From the NCBI RefSeq assembly GCF_000023965.1, contig NC_013202.1, forward strand, positions 300,001 through 332,000: a stretch of 32,000 bases of DNA, given 5' to 3'. Source of the DNA: Halomicrobium mukohataei DSM 12286 (GTDB lineage: Archaea > Halobacteriota > Halobacteria > Halobacteriales > Haloarculaceae). How positions within the stretch are numbered: position 1 is the first letter of the stretch; every line of letters begins with the position of its first letter. The position numbers and the translations under genes are program-made. Shown piece after piece: positions 1 to 9,767 of this stretch. The notes below the pieces were generated by a model. That model saw nothing but the letters and a program-made list of their open reading frames with translations, did not search any database and was not told where the DNA came from.

Positions 1-1434
1 GCGCTCCCCGCCAGAGAGATCGGTGAGCTGCTGTTCCATCACCGCGTCGAGCTGGAGGGGCTGGGCGATCTCGGTGTTCCAGTACGACGAGCCGAAGTCG
101 TCCGTGATCGAGGAGAGGAAGGCGTCGACCCGCATCGGCTGGTCGATCTCGATGTACTGGGGCTTGTACGCGATGTCGAGGTCGGCGTCGACGGTTCCCG
201 CGTCGGGTTCGAGCCGCCCGGCCAGCAGCTTCGCGAACGTCGACTTCCCGATCCCGTTCGGGCCGACGACGCCCAGCACCTCGCTCTCGCGGATCTGGCC
301 GGCCTCGACGTCCAGCGAGAACTCGCCGTCGCCGTAGGACTTCGTGAGGTCGGGGTACTCGGCGACCACGTCGCCCGTCGAGACCGAGCGCGGGGCGTGT
401 TCCTCGAACTCGATCTCCTGCTGGCGAAACCGCATGTTCTCGTTGTCGAGATAGCCAGAGAGGTACTCGTTGATGCCGTTTTTCGTCGACTTCGGGCTGG
501 TGATGATACCGTACGCGCCGGGCTCACCGTAGGCGACGTGGAGCGCGTCGGCCAGCAGGTCCAGGATCGCCAGGTCGTGCTCGACGACCAGCATCGACCG
601 GTCCTCGTCCTCGGCCAGTTCCTGGATCAGCTGGGCGGCGGTCATCCGCTGTCCGATGTCCAGGTACGGCGTGATCTCGTCGAGGAAGTAGAAGTCCGCG
701 TCGCGAGCGAGCGTCGCGACCAGCGCGACCCGCTGGAGCTCCCCGCCAGAGAGGTCGTCGATGTGGTTGTCGACGACCGGACCGATCCCCGTCCGCTCGA
801 TCAGGTCGTCCAGCGCACCGCGTTCGTCCGTTCGTTCGAGCAACTCGCTGGCCGTCCCGTCGAACTGGTCGGGGATCTGGTCGACGTACTGGGGCTTGCG
901 TGCGACGGTCATGTCGCCCTCGCGCAGGTCTTCGAGGTAGTCCTGCAGTTCGGTGCCCCGATACTCGTCGATGACGGCCTTCCAGGCCGGCTCCTCGTCG
1001 AACCGACCGAGGTTCGGCGTCATCTCGTCGGCGAGGATGTGGACGGCCGTCGTCTTCCCGATCCCGTTCGGGCCGAGGATCCCGGTGACCCGGCCCTCCT
1101 GGGGAGCTGGCAGTCCGTACAGCGCGAAGGAGTTCTCGCCGTAGCGGTGGACCGGCTCGTCGCCGAGTTCCTGTGGGAGGTTGATGATCTCGATGGCGTC
1201 GAAGGGACACTTCTCGACGCAGATCCCGCAGGACTCGCCCAGACAGATCTCCTCTGAGATCCACACCTGGTCGTCGCTGCCGGCGTAGTTGTCGTCCTCG
1301 TCGTACGCGTCGCCGCGCTTGACGATGCACTCCTTGCCCGTCCGGTTGGGCGGGCAGAAGTTCATACACTCGTAGTTACAGCGGTCGGGCTGACATCGGT
1401 CGAGGTCGACGACCGCGATACTGTCGTCGGCCAT
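1..1434 (-). CDS. rli: ABCE1 / RNase L inhibitor (RLI) ATPase with N-terminal 4Fe-4S domain; partial, C-terminus lies beyond the left window edge
   Basis: Minus-strand frame is open from the ATG at 1434 to position 1. It is absent from the ORF track because there is no stop in the window. Hand translation gives MADDSIAVVDLDRCQPDRCNYECMNFCPPNRTGKECIV...ISEEICLGESCGICVEKCPF (two Cys clusters). It then gives Walker A ILGPNGIGKTT (about 1050) and a second Walker A VVGPNGIGKS (about 250). The last codons at the edge read LSGGER (ABC signature). The twin-NBD plus FeS architecture is diagnostic of ABCE1. Confidence 0.93.
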   Translation of the reverse strand, partial: MADDSIAVVDLDRCQPDRCNYECMNFCPPNRTGKECIVKRGDAYDEDDNYAGSDDQVWISEEICLGESCGICVEKCPFDAIEIINLPQELGDEPVHRYGENSFALYGLPAPQEGRVTGILGPNGIGKTTAVHILADEMTPNLGRFDEEPAWKAVIDEYRGTELQDYLEDLREGDMTVARKPQYVDQIPDQFDGTASELLERTDERGALDDLIERTGIGPVVDNHIDDLSGGELQRVALVATLARDADFYFLDEITPYLDIGQRMTAAQLIQELAEDEDRSMLVVEHDLAILDLLADALHVAYGEPGAYGIITSPKSTKNGINEYLSGYLDNENMRFRQQEIEFEEHAPRSVSTGDVVAEYPDLTKSYGDGEFSLDVEAGQIRESEVLGVVGPNGIGKSTFAKLLAGRLEPDAGTVDADLDIAYKPQYIEIDQPMRVDAFLSSITDDFGSSYWNTEIAQPLQLDAVMEQQLTDLSGGER

Positions 1435-1435
1435 G

Positions 1436-1735
1436 TTAGAGTGCCGCCGTTGTCAGGAGGATTCCCCACGAGACGAACCAGAGCGAGAACGTCATGAACG
1501 CGACGAACAGGTAGTCCTTCGCGGAGAAGTCGTCGATGTCGACGCCCAGTACACTCAAGATCGGGAACTGAACGACGATCGCTGCGATCAGCACGGCGAC
1601 CGCGAGTCGATCACCCGCGCCGGCCGCTATCTCGTTGGCCGCGACACCGGCGGCTAACCCAGAGAGGGCCGCCAGTGTCGTGACAGTGAGCCCGCGCAAG
1701 TGCGAACTCATGCCCTCGACCGTGTCCGTTGCCAT
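1436..1735 (-). CDS. small hydrophobic membrane protein (about 99 aa, probably 3 TM), unknown family
   Basis: This is the internal Met of track ORF 1436..1915. The sequence MATDTVEGMSSHLRGLTVTTLAALSGLAAGVAANEIAAG...FVAFMTFSLWFVSWGILLTTAAL is hydrophobic. The upstream 60 codons are Arg-rich and look non-coding. The TAA stop at 1436-1438 lies 1 nt from the ABCE1 ATG at 1434, which suggests co-transcription. Confidence 0.55.
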   Translation of the reverse strand: MATDTVEGMSSHLRGLTVTTLAALSGLAAGVAANEIAAGAGDRLAVAVLIAAIVVQFPILSVLGVDIDDFSAKDYLFVAFMTFSLWFVSWGILLTTAAL

Positions 1736-1945
1736 ACGCCATGGTCCGCCGTCGGGGACCAAAAGCCGCCCGGTTCGGGCACGCTCGATGGCACGGTCAC
1801 GAGTCCCAGCCACGGGTCGGCGTCGAGCGCGGTCGCGAGTCGAACCCCCACCCAGAACGCCCGCGATACGGAGCAGTACGGGCAGCACAGTTCGTTGCTC
1901 GGCGTAACTCCTCAATCTTTATGGAGCCCGCGCCACTCGTGACAG

Positions 1946-2215
1946 GTGATGACCGAAACCGACGGGGAGGCCATCGCGGACCTTCCACCGAGCGCGAAGC
2001 TCGTGTACAAGGTTCTGGAGTACGACGGTCCACTCACCCAGAAGGGGATCGTCGAGGAGTCGATGCTCTCGGCGCGGACCGTCCGCTACGCGCTCGAACG
2101 CCTCGACGAGGTCGGCGTCATCGAGGAAGACGTCTACTTCGCGGACGCGAGACAGAACCTCTACGAGATCACCGACTCCGGAGCCGAACAGGCCGACGCA
2201 GCCGTCTCTGACTGA
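1946..2215 (+). CDS. small winged-helix (MarR/TrmB-like) DNA-binding protein
   Basis: 89 aa and acidic. It reads LPPSAKLVYKVLEYDGPLTQKGIVEESMLSARTVRYALERLDEVGVIEE, a typical wHTH recognition-helix and wing pattern. Confidence 0.75.
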   Translation: MMTETDGEAIADLPPSAKLVYKVLEYDGPLTQKGIVEESMLSARTVRYALERLDEVGVIEEDVYFADARQNLYEITDSGAEQADAAVSD

Positions 2216-2258
2216 CTCGTTTTCGCGGTCGTGTACGTGAACGGTGAGAACGGGGAGA

Positions 2259-2525
2259 CTACGCCGAAGCCTGCTGGAGGGCGTCTTCGAGATCTTCGCG
2301 CTGGGTGACGCCGACGAACCGTTCGACGATGCCGTCGTCGTTCTCGACGATCAGCGTCGGCAGCGAGCGGACCTGGTACTCGTTGGCCACGTCCTGCTCT
2401 TCGTCGACGTTGATCTTCTCGAAGCTCACGTCGCCCCAGTCGGCTTCCAGTTCTTCGAGGATCGGATCCTGCGTCTTGCACGGACCACACCAGTCTGCGT
2501 AGAAGTCCTTGAGCGTGACTGTCAT
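2259..2525 (-). CDS. trxA: thioredoxin
   Basis: 88 aa with the canonical active site FYADWCGPCK and a cis-Pro region (VRSLPTLIV). Confidence 0.93.
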   Translation of the reverse strand: MTVTLKDFYADWCGPCKTQDPILEELEADWGDVSFEKINVDEEQDVANEYQVRSLPTLIVENDDGIVERFVGVTQREDLEDALQQASA

Positions 2526-2642
2526 CGGTACTCGTTGGAGGTAGCCGACGGGCCCAGATAAGGATTGTCACCACGACGGATCCTGCCCGTGGCGGGGGAC
2601 GAAAGGGAAAGGCTTACTCGGCGGGACCGACGACGCCTCTGT

Positions 2643-2816
2643 ATGAGCAGCAGCGACAGCGGCGGACTGATGTCCAGTGCCGGACTCGTTCGGTACTTCG
2701 ACGCGGAAGACAGCAACACGATCCGAATGGATCCCCGGTCGGTCGTGGCATTCGGCGTCCTCTTTGGCGTGTTGATCCTCATGCTCAACGCGCTGTTCAT
2801 CCTGGGCGCGGTGTAA
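2643..2816 (+). CDS. secG: preprotein translocase subunit Sec61-beta (archaeal SecG)
   Basis: Internal ATG at 2643 of track ORF 2565..2816. It reads [57 protein letters not shown]. This has the conserved SAGL(I/V)RY(F/M)D motif followed by a single C-terminal TM, as in archaeal Sec-beta. The upstream 26 codons are Arg-rich. Confidence 0.8.
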   Translation: MSSSDSGGLMSSAGLVRYFDAEDSNTIRMDPRSVVAFGVLFGVLILMLNALFILGAV

Positions 2817-2853
2817 CAGCGGGCTTTTCATCGCTCCGTCGCAACGGCCGTCC

Positions 2854-3228
2854 ATGCACTTCAGCCAGCGCGAGCAGCAGGCACTGGCCGAGGCCGGCCT
2901 CTCGACCGACGAGATCGCCGCCGCCTCGGAGGCCGTCGTCGCGGCCACCGACGAGGCCGCCACGACGCTAGAGGGCTTTTTCGCCGATCGCGAAACCGTC
3001 TACTCCGACATGGAGATGGCACACAGCGCCAGCGACGTACAGGAACACGCCGTCGACTATCTGGACCTCTTTACCCACGCCGACGACATCCGGGGTTACC
3101 TCCGCTTTGACTCGTGGGGCGTACCGGTCGAGGGCGGGCGCGTCCTGAGCGAGGACGTGGTCGAACTGACGCTCGGTCCGACCGTCGACGGCCGCGTGCG
3201 CTTCGCTCACGACGACGGCGCGCTATGA
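2854..3228 (+). CDS. acidic hypothetical protein (124 aa)
   Basis: Acidic composition and GC-rich third codon positions. Its stop overlaps the start of the next gene (ATGA at 3225-3228), which implies translational coupling with FAU-1. No family recognised. Confidence 0.6.
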   Translation: MHFSQREQQALAEAGLSTDEIAAASEAVVAATDEAATTLEGFFADRETVYSDMEMAHSASDVQEHAVDYLDLFTHADDIRGYLRFDSWGVPVEGGRVLSEDVVELTLGPTVDGRVRFAHDDGAL

Positions 3229-4613
3229 CCGTCCGGATCAGGGGGATCTACACGACCGCACTGACCGAACTGTTCCGAGGCGATCCCGGCGTCGTCCAGC
3301 CTTCGCCGCCGATCGTCGACCGGTTCGACGCCGAGTTCACTCACGAGCCGGCGACGGTGACAGTCGAGACGACAGCCGACAGGCAGGGCGTTCGCGTGAC
3401 CGGCGAGCACGACGCCGTCCAGGCGGTCTGCGAAGAACTCGGGGCAGTCGGGCGAGATGCCTTCGTCTGGCCAGATCCGACTCCCCGTGGCGCGGTCTAC
3501 GACGGTGCGGTGACCGAGACGCTCGGTGGTGGCGCGATCGTCGATCTGGGAGACGGCGAGGGGTACCTGCCCTACGGCGCGACCGACCGGCGGATCGAGG
3601 ACGGCGATGGGCTCCGCGTCCAGGTCGACGAACCGAGCCCGCCCTGGAGCGACGACCGGCCGACACTGGACACGACGATCCGGGCCCACGGCTCGCTGGT
3701 GACGCTCGTCCGCGGCGAGACGATCGAGCACACTGGGCCGGAACTCGCAGACATCCTCCCGGCCGATCCCGTCGACGGCTGGGGAAGCTCCTGGCACCGC
3801 CACAGCGACGACGCCAGTCTCGACGCACTGGGCGATGCGCTCGAACGGGCCAACGACCGCGCGGGGGCGCTTGACGACGCCCTCGCCGACGCGCCGGCAC
3901 CGGGTGACGACCCGCCGGACCGCCACGCCAGGCCAACGTCGACGGCGTGGGTCTGGTTCGGTCGTGAGAGTCGCTTCGCACTGGACGAGGCGCGGGACGC
4001 GGTGACGGCGACGATGCCGGGCCACCACCGGATCAAGGCCGGTTCGCGGAGCGCCTCGGCCGGCGTCGATCTGGCCGAGGCGGTCGCCGACGGCTTCCGG
4101 ACCGGCGAGCAGGACTTCCCCTTCGCCGCGGTGACGAGCCAGTTCGGACCCACAGCCGGCGACACCGTCCGACTCGACCACGGCAAGCCCGACGGTCGGA
4201 TGTACACGCTTGGCGACGCGGCGGTCGAGGGAGTCGAGCCCGACGGCACCGTGACCGTCGAGCGAGAGATGTCGCCCGGCGGAACCTACGACGCGCTCGG
4301 CGTCGACCGCCGGGCCGGCGACGTGGCGACGACGAAGGTCAAGGAGGGACGCTGGTGGTATCCGACCGTCTACGAGGGCGCGGACGGGACCAAGCGCGGC
4401 ACCTACGTCAACGTCTGCACCCCAGTCGAGGTGTTCCCCGACGCGGTCCGTTACGTCGACCTCCACGTGGACGTGGTCAAGCACGCGGACGGCCGCGTCG
4501 AGCGGGTCGACGACGACGAACTCGACGCGGCAGTCGAGGCGGGCCACGTCTCAGAGGGGCTGGCCGAGAAGGCCCGCAGCGTCGCGAAGGCCGTCAAACA
4601 CGGCCTTGAGTGA
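3225..4613 (+). CDS. fau-1: probable ribonuclease FAU-1 (RNA-binding protein with C-terminal DUF402 domain)
   Basis: Start re-set to the ATG at 3225. The track ORF from 3114 adds 37 Arg-rich residues. The N-terminus MTVRIRGIYTTALTELF is typical of archaeal FAU-1. The C-terminus GTYVNVCTPVEVFPDAVRYVDLHVDVVKHADGRVERVDDDEL is DUF402-like. Confidence 0.78.
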   Translation: MTVRIRGIYTTALTELFRGDPGVVQPSPPIVDRFDAEFTHEPATVTVETTADRQGVRVTGEHDAVQAVCEELGAVGRDAFVWPDPTPRGAVYDGAVTETLGGGAIVDLGDGEGYLPYGATDRRIEDGDGLRVQVDEPSPPWSDDRPTLDTTIRAHGSLVTLVRGETIEHTGPELADILPADPVDGWGSSWHRHSDDASLDALGDALERANDRAGALDDALADAPAPGDDPPDRHARPTSTAWVWFGRESRFALDEARDAVTATMPGHHRIKAGSRSASAGVDLAEAVADGFRTGEQDFPFAAVTSQFGPTAGDTVRLDHGKPDGRMYTLGDAAVEGVEPDGTVTVEREMSPGGTYDALGVDRRAGDVATTKVKEGRWWYPTVYEGADGTKRGTYVNVCTPVEVFPDAVRYVDLHVDVVKHADGRVERVDDDELDAAVEAGHVSEGLAEKARSVAKAVKHGLE

Positions 4614-6014
4614 TCACTCCGAACGCCGTCGACACCACGCGCCGGCACCGAGCAGTCCGAGCAGACCCGCGCCGACACCAGCGCCGGCTCCCGTCTCGCT
4701 GGTGGGCGTCGACGCCCGTCCCGACCGGGTGCCGTCGGTCGTCGTCGCGCCGTCGGCCGGCCGCTGGTCCGGAAACGCGAACAGCGCCGACTCCAGGGGC
4801 GAGTCGGCGGCGGTGTTGACACCGAACGCGCCGATGCTGGCCCCCAGGAAGAACTCGCCCGGCGCGGCAAGCTGTGCGGTCCAGAACTTCCCGCGGCCGG
4901 CGTCGCGCCAGTGGAACCGCTCGACGGGATCCGTCGCGTCGGTCACGTCGTGGACGGTGACCCCGCCCTGGTACCAGGCGGCGTAACAGCGCCCGTCGAC
5001 GAGCTCGAAGTTGTGGGCGGTCGTCCAGACGCCGCCGCGGGTGGGATCGGGCGTCGGCGGCGGGTCGATCGCCCCGAGTCGCGTCGGTTCGGCGGGGTCG
5101 GTCACGTCGTAGAAGGCGATCCCGCCCGGGCCGGTCGAGCCCGAGGCCGCCGCCCACGATTCGGTCCCGATCCCCAGCAGATCGCCGGTCTCGTCGACGG
5201 TGACGAAGTGGTCGTTGCCCGGCGGCTCCGTGCGCTCGCGTCGCCTGTTGGTAACATCGAGGAGCTCGTCGAGTGGCCGACCGCGCACCCGCGAAACGAG
5301 CGTCGGCTCGCCGGGGTCGGACACGTCGAGACACCAGGTGCCGGCGTCCCAGTAGGCCAGATACGCGCGGTCGTCGTGGACCCACACGTCGTGGAGGTTC
5401 ACCATGCCGAAGGGCAGCTCGGCCCAGCGGTCGTCGACGTCGACGACGCTCCAGCGGGCCAGTTCCGTGCCACTCTCGGGATCGGCGACGACCAGGGGCG
5501 AGCCGTCCAGACCGCCGCCGGTGAAGTAGCCGACGCCGTCCGCGAGCACGCAGTTGTGGGTGTAGAAGTCGACCTCGTGTTCGGCGAGAAGTTCGGGATC
5601 GGCGGGATCGGACACGTCGACGTAGCCAAAGCCACGGACCGAGTCGCGCCCACCGTTTGCCGGGCCGGCCACGAGCAGTCGGTCGCCGTCACAGTGCAGG
5701 TCCCAGATCCCAGACAGCGGCCCGTCGGCGTGGTCGGCCAGGAGCCGCTCGCGAGCCAGCACCCGCATCTCGGTCGGATCGCTCACGTCGACGACCGCGA
5801 AGCCGTCGACGGTGGCGACGTAGGCGACCGTCCCGTCGGGATTCAGGACCATCTCGCGGACGTTCTCGATCGAGACCGTCCCGAGGGGCTGGCTGTCCGG
5901 CGTCTCGGCGGGCGGCGTCCCGTCGCTGGTGGCAGTCGGGTGCCCGCTCGCGAGGCCGGCGCTCCCGAGCGCGAGACCGCTGCCGAGCGTTCGAAGGAGG
6001 GGGCGGCGACGCAT
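4614..6014 (-). CDS. secreted LVIVD-repeat beta-propeller protein with Tat signal and C-terminal membrane anchor
   Basis: The N-terminus MRRRPLLRTLGSGLALGSAGLASG is a twin-arginine signal. There are repeated (A/V)x(V/Y)(V/Y)DVSDPxxP units (FAVVDVSDPTEM, FGYVDVSDPADP, CLDVSDPGEP, FYDVTDPAEP, VHDVTDATDP). The C-terminus has a Thr-rich linker, then GAGAGVGAGLLGLLGAGAW and CRRRSE. Confidence 0.8.
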   Translation of the reverse strand: MRRRPLLRTLGSGLALGSAGLASGHPTATSDGTPPAETPDSQPLGTVSIENVREMVLNPDGTVAYVATVDGFAVVDVSDPTEMRVLARERLLADHADGPLSGIWDLHCDGDRLLVAGPANGGRDSVRGFGYVDVSDPADPELLAEHEVDFYTHNCVLADGVGYFTGGGLDGSPLVVADPESGTELARWSVVDVDDRWAELPFGMVNLHDVWVHDDRAYLAYWDAGTWCLDVSDPGEPTLVSRVRGRPLDELLDVTNRRRERTEPPGNDHFVTVDETGDLLGIGTESWAAASGSTGPGGIAFYDVTDPAEPTRLGAIDPPPTPDPTRGGVWTTAHNFELVDGRCYAAWYQGGVTVHDVTDATDPVERFHWRDAGRGKFWTAQLAAPGEFFLGASIGAFGVNTAADSPLESALFAFPDQRPADGATTTDGTRSGRASTPTSETGAGAGVGAGLLGLLGAGAWCRRRSE

Positions 6015-6050
6015 ACGCTCACTGAGGAGCGTGGACGGAGAAGCTTTGCG

Positions 6051-6632
6051 CTAGTTCCCCTGGATCGCGTCGATGACCATCGCGGCGGCGATGACGGCCT
6101 CCTTGGGGACGTTGCTCGCGTCGTCGATGGTGATCTCGTAGCGGTCCCGCAGCGAGAGCTGCCCCTCGATGGAGCCGACGTGGTTGCCGTCCACGTCCGT
6201 GATCTCGTACTTGTGGGGAATGATCTCGCCGAACGGGAGGAGGTTGCGAGCGAGCGTCACCGCGGCACCCCGAGAGTCGATCTTCGCGATGGCGCGCTCG
6301 TCGCCCGCGTCGCGGAGCGTCCAGGTGTCCTGCATGACCGAGTAGTCGTTGTCGAGGACCACGAGGTCCTCGCCGGTCTGGGCGTCCGAGAGCACGTAGT
6401 TGCCGGCCACGTCGATGATGCCGCCGGCTTTGACCGTGAAGACCTCGTTGCCGTCCCCGTCGGTGAAGGGGAACTCCTCTTTCATCTTGAGCATCTTCTG
6501 CTTGCCGCGGACGACGACGTCGCCGGCGGCGTCCATCGCCTTGTACTTGTTGCGGACCAGCGACTGTTCGACGGTGTAGCTGTTGTCGGTCAGTTCCAGT
6601 CCCTGGATGTCGTACTTCGAGAGGGCACTCAT
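6051..6632 (-). CDS. LURP-one-related (LOR/DUF567, tubby-C-like) family protein
   Basis: It reads YTVEQSLVRNKYKAMDAAGDVVVRGKQKMLKMKEEFPFTDGDGNEVFTVKAGGIIDVAGNY, typical of the LOR family. I prefer the ATG at 6632 (MSALSKYD) because an AT-rich box (minus-strand aaaattaa, 6659-6666) sits about 30 nt upstream. Alternative starts are at 6659 (MSKSRE) and 6689. Confidence 0.7.
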   Translation of the reverse strand: MSALSKYDIQGLELTDNSYTVEQSLVRNKYKAMDAAGDVVVRGKQKMLKMKEEFPFTDGDGNEVFTVKAGGIIDVAGNYVLSDAQTGEDLVVLDNDYSVMQDTWTLRDAGDERAIAKIDSRGAAVTLARNLLPFGEIIPHKYEITDVDGNHVGSIEGQLSLRDRYEITIDDASNVPKEAVIAAAMVIDAIQGN

Positions 6633-6658
6633 GTCCGGACGCTCACGCGATTTCGACA

Positions 6659-6666
6659 TTAATTTT
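6659..6666 (-). promoter_or_regulatory. TATA-box-like element upstream of the LOR-family gene
   Basis: Minus-strand aaaattaa is centred about 30 nt upstream of the ATG at 6632. This spacing is expected for a leaderless haloarchaeal transcript. Confidence 0.3.
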
Positions 6667-6746
6667 GTGTCTGGTGGTGACAGAGCCAACGAGTGTCAGC
6701 GGCGGACCGACAGCGTTTCACGCACCCAGACCTCAGAGGGCCGTAG

Positions 6747-9700
6747 ATGACACGAGAGTACATCGAGGTCCGCGGTGCGGAGGAACACAACCTCAAGGAC
6801 ATCGATGTTGAGATCCCGCGAGAGGAGTTGACGGTCGTGACGGGGCTGTCGGGATCGGGCAAGTCCTCGCTGGCCTTCGAGACGGTGTACGCTGAGGGAC
6901 AGCGCCGCTACATCGAGTCGCTGTCGGCCTACGCCAGAAACTTCCTGGGCCAGATGGACAAGCCACAGGTCGAGACCGTCGAGGGGCTGAGCCCGGCGAT
7001 CTCGATCGACCAGAAGAACGCCGCCAACAACCCCCGATCGACGGTCGGGACCGTCACGGAACTCCACGACTACCTGCGCCTGCTGTACGCCCGAATCGGG
7101 ACGCCACACTGTCCGGAGTGTGGCCGCGAGGTCGGCGAGCAGTCCGCCCAGAACATGGTCCGTCGGATGCTGGCCCTGCCCGAGGGGACCCGCGCGAAGA
7201 TCGCCGCACCGGTCGTACGCGACCAGAAGGGTGCCTTCGAGGAGCTGTTCGAGGAGCTGGTGAGCGAGGGGTACGCCCGCGTCGAGGTCGACGGCGAACC
7301 GTACGACCTGACGATCGACGACCCCGATCTCGACGAGAACTACGACCACACGATCGACGTGATCGTCGACCGCGTGAGCGTCAGCGCGGACGCCCGCTCG
7401 CGGATCACCGACTCCGTCGAGACGGCCCTCGAAGAAGGGGCGGGCATCACGAAGGTGATCCTCCCGGACCCGCCGGAAGGCGTGTCCCTCGGCGGGGCGA
7501 CGGCGCGCTCGACGGGCGATCTCGCGGGGACCGGCGACAGCGACGACCACAGCGACCGCGAGCGGCTCGTCGTCGAGTTCTCCGAGGAGCTCGCGTGTAC
7601 CCACTGCGGGATCGACATCTCCGAGATCGAGACCCGCTCGTTCTCGTTCAACAGCCCCCACGGGGCCTGTCCGGAGTGTGAGGGCCTCGGCGAGACCAAG
7701 GAGGTCAGCGAGGAGCTCGTCATCCAGGACCGTTCGAAGCCCCTCAAGCACGTCTTCGAACCCTGGAGCTACGACCGCACCTACTACTCGCGACAGCTGG
7801 ACAACGTCGCGGACCACTTCGGCGTCTCGCTGGAGACGCCCTTCGAGGAGCTGGACGAGTCGATCCAGCACCAGTTCCTCTATGGCACGGACGACCTCGT
7901 TCACTTCGAGTGGCAGACCAAGAACGGCACCCGCGAGAAGACCGAGCGCTTCGAGGGCGTCGTCCCGAACCTGGAACGTCGCCACGTCGAGACCGACAGC
8001 GACCGCGCCCGCGAACACATCGAGGAGTTCATGGCCGTCACCACCTGTCCCGAGTGTGAGGGCACCCGCCTGAAAGCGGAGTCCCGTCACGTCCTCGTCG
8101 ACGGGAGTTCCGCGAGCGATGCGAGCGGAACGTCGTCGGAGGTTTCCTCCGACGGTACGTCGATCACCGAGGTCAACCGGATGTCGATCGGCGACGCACT
8201 GGAACACTTCGAGGGGCTGGAAGCGTCGCTGGACGAACGCGACACGAAGATCGCCGAGGAGATCCTCAAGGAGATCCGCGCCCGCCTCGGGTTCATGGAG
8301 GAGGTCGGGCTGGAGTATCTCACCCTCGACCGGGAGGCGTCGACGCTGTCCGGCGGCGAGAGCCAGCGCATCCGGCTGGCGACCCAGATCGGCTCCGGAC
8401 TGGTCGGCGTGTTGTACGTGCTCGACGAGCCCTCGATCGGACTCCACCAGCGGGACAACGACCGGCTGTTGAACACGCTGGCTGAGCTGCGCGACCTCGG
8501 AAACACGCTCCTCGTCGTCGAGCACGACGAGGAGACGATGCGCCGGGCCGACAACATCATCGACATGGGTCCCGGCCCCGGCAAACGGGGCGGCGAAGTC
8601 GTCGTCAACGGCGACATGGACGAGGTGATCGACTGCGAGGACAGCGTCACCGGCGAGTACCTCTCGGGCGAGCGGACGATCCCGGTCCCCGACGACCGCC
8701 GAGCGTCGGACACCCACCTCACGATCGAGGGGGCACGCCAGCACAACCTCGCAGATCTGGACGTGGACCTTCCGATCGGCTGTTTCACCGCGATCACGGG
8801 CGTCTCTGGGTCGGGCAAGTCGACGCTGATGCACGACGTGCTGTACAAGGGCCTCGTCCGGCGGATGAACGACACCGACGTGAACCCCGGCGAGCACGAC
8901 GGCATCGAGGGGATCGACGAGATCGAGACCGTCCGCCTCATCGACCAGTCGCCCATCGGCCGCACGCCGCGCTCGAACCCGGCGACCTACACGAACGTCT
9001 TCGATCACATCCGCGAGCTGTTCGCCGAGACGAACCTCTCGAAGCAGCGCGGCTACGAGAAGGGACGCTTCTCGTTCAACGTCAAGGGCGGTCGCTGCGA
9101 GGCCTGTGGCGGCCAGGGCAACGTCAAAATCGAGATGAACTTCCTCTCTGACGTGTACGTCCCCTGCGAGGAGTGCGACGGGGCGCGGTACAACGACGAG
9201 ACGCTGGATGTCACCTACAAGGACGCCACCATCTCCGACGTGCTGGACATGAGCGTCGCAGAGGCCTACGACTTCTTCGAGGGCCACACCGGTATCCGCC
9301 GCCGCCTGAAGCTCCTGAAAGACGTGGGTCTGGACTACATGCGGCTGGGCCAGCCCTCGACGACGCTCTCCGGCGGAGAGGCCCAGCGGATCAAGCTCGC
9401 CGAGGAACTGGGGAAGAAAGACTCCGGCGAGACGCTGTACCTGCTCGACGAGCCCACGACCGGGCTCCACCCCGAGGACGAGCGCAAGCTGATCGACGTG
9501 CTCCACCGCCTGACCGACGAGGGCAACACAGTCGTCGTCATCGAGCACGAACTCGATCTGGTGAAGAACGCCGACCACATCGTCGACCTCGGACCCGAGG
9601 GCGGCGAGCACGGCGGGACCATCGTCGCCGAAGGCACGCCCGAGGACGTGGCCCGAAACGAGGAGTCCTACACGGGGCAGTACCTCCGCGATCTGCTGCC

Positions 9701-9767
9701 GAAAGTGGATCTGGAGGGGCCACGCGCCGACCGCGACGTGGCACAGCCAGCGGCGGACGACGACTGA
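6747..9767 (+). CDS. uvrA: excinuclease ABC subunit A (UvrA)
   Basis: 1006 aa. It shows [55 protein letters not shown], Zn-finger Cys pairs ([39 protein letters not shown]), a second Walker [10 protein letters not shown] and two LSGGE signatures. Confidence 0.97.
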   Translation: MTREYIEVRGAEEHNLKDIDVEIPREELTVVTGLSGSGKSSLAFETVYAEGQRRYIESLSAYARNFLGQMDKPQVETVEGLSPAISIDQKNAANNPRSTVGTVTELHDYLRLLYARIGTPHCPECGREVGEQSAQNMVRRMLALPEGTRAKIAAPVVRDQKGAFEELFEELVSEGYARVEVDGEPYDLTIDDPDLDENYDHTIDVIVDRVSVSADARSRITDSVETALEEGAGITKVILPDPPEGVSLGGATARSTGDLAGTGDSDDHSDRERLVVEFSEELACTHCGIDISEIETRSFSFNSPHGACPECEGLGETKEVSEELVIQDRSKPLKHVFEPWSYDRTYYSRQLDNVADHFGVSLETPFEELDESIQHQFLYGTDDLVHFEWQTKNGTREKTERFEGVVPNLERRHVETDSDRAREHIEEFMAVTTCPECEGTRLKAESRHVLVDGSSASDASGTSSEVSSDGTSITEVNRMSIGDALEHFEGLEASLDERDTKIAEEILKEIRARLGFMEEVGLEYLTLDREASTLSGGESQRIRLATQIGSGLVGVLYVLDEPSIGLHQRDNDRLLNTLAELRDLGNTLLVVEHDEETMRRADNIIDMGPGPGKRGGEVVVNGDMDEVIDCEDSVTGEYLSGERTIPVPDDRRASDTHLTIEGARQHNLADLDVDLPIGCFTAITGVSGSGKSTLMHDVLYKGLVRRMNDTDVNPGEHDGIEGIDEIETVRLIDQSPIGRTPRSNPATYTNVFDHIRELFAETNLSKQRGYEKGRFSFNVKGGRCEACGGQGNVKIEMNFLSDVYVPCEECDGARYNDETLDVTYKDATISDVLDMSVAEAYDFFEGHTGIRRRLKLLKDVGLDYMRLGQPSTTLSGGEAQRIKLAEELGKKDSGETLYLLDEPTTGLHPEDERKLIDVLHRLTDEGNTVVVIEHELDLVKNADHIVDLGPEGGEHGGTIVAEGTPEDVARNEESYTGQYLRDLLPKVDLEGPRADRDVAQPAADDD

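Noticed and set aside
4911-6662. 583-aa plus-strand ORF
   Set aside because: It is antisense to the LVIVD and LOR genes, Arg/Val/Gly-rich and without motifs.
6696-9611. 971-aa minus-strand ORF covering most of the uvrA locus
   Set aside because: It is antisense to an unmistakable UvrA gene. Its composition is Arg/Val/Leu/Gly-rich with no recognisable motifs. This is a classic shadow ORF of GC-rich coding DNA.
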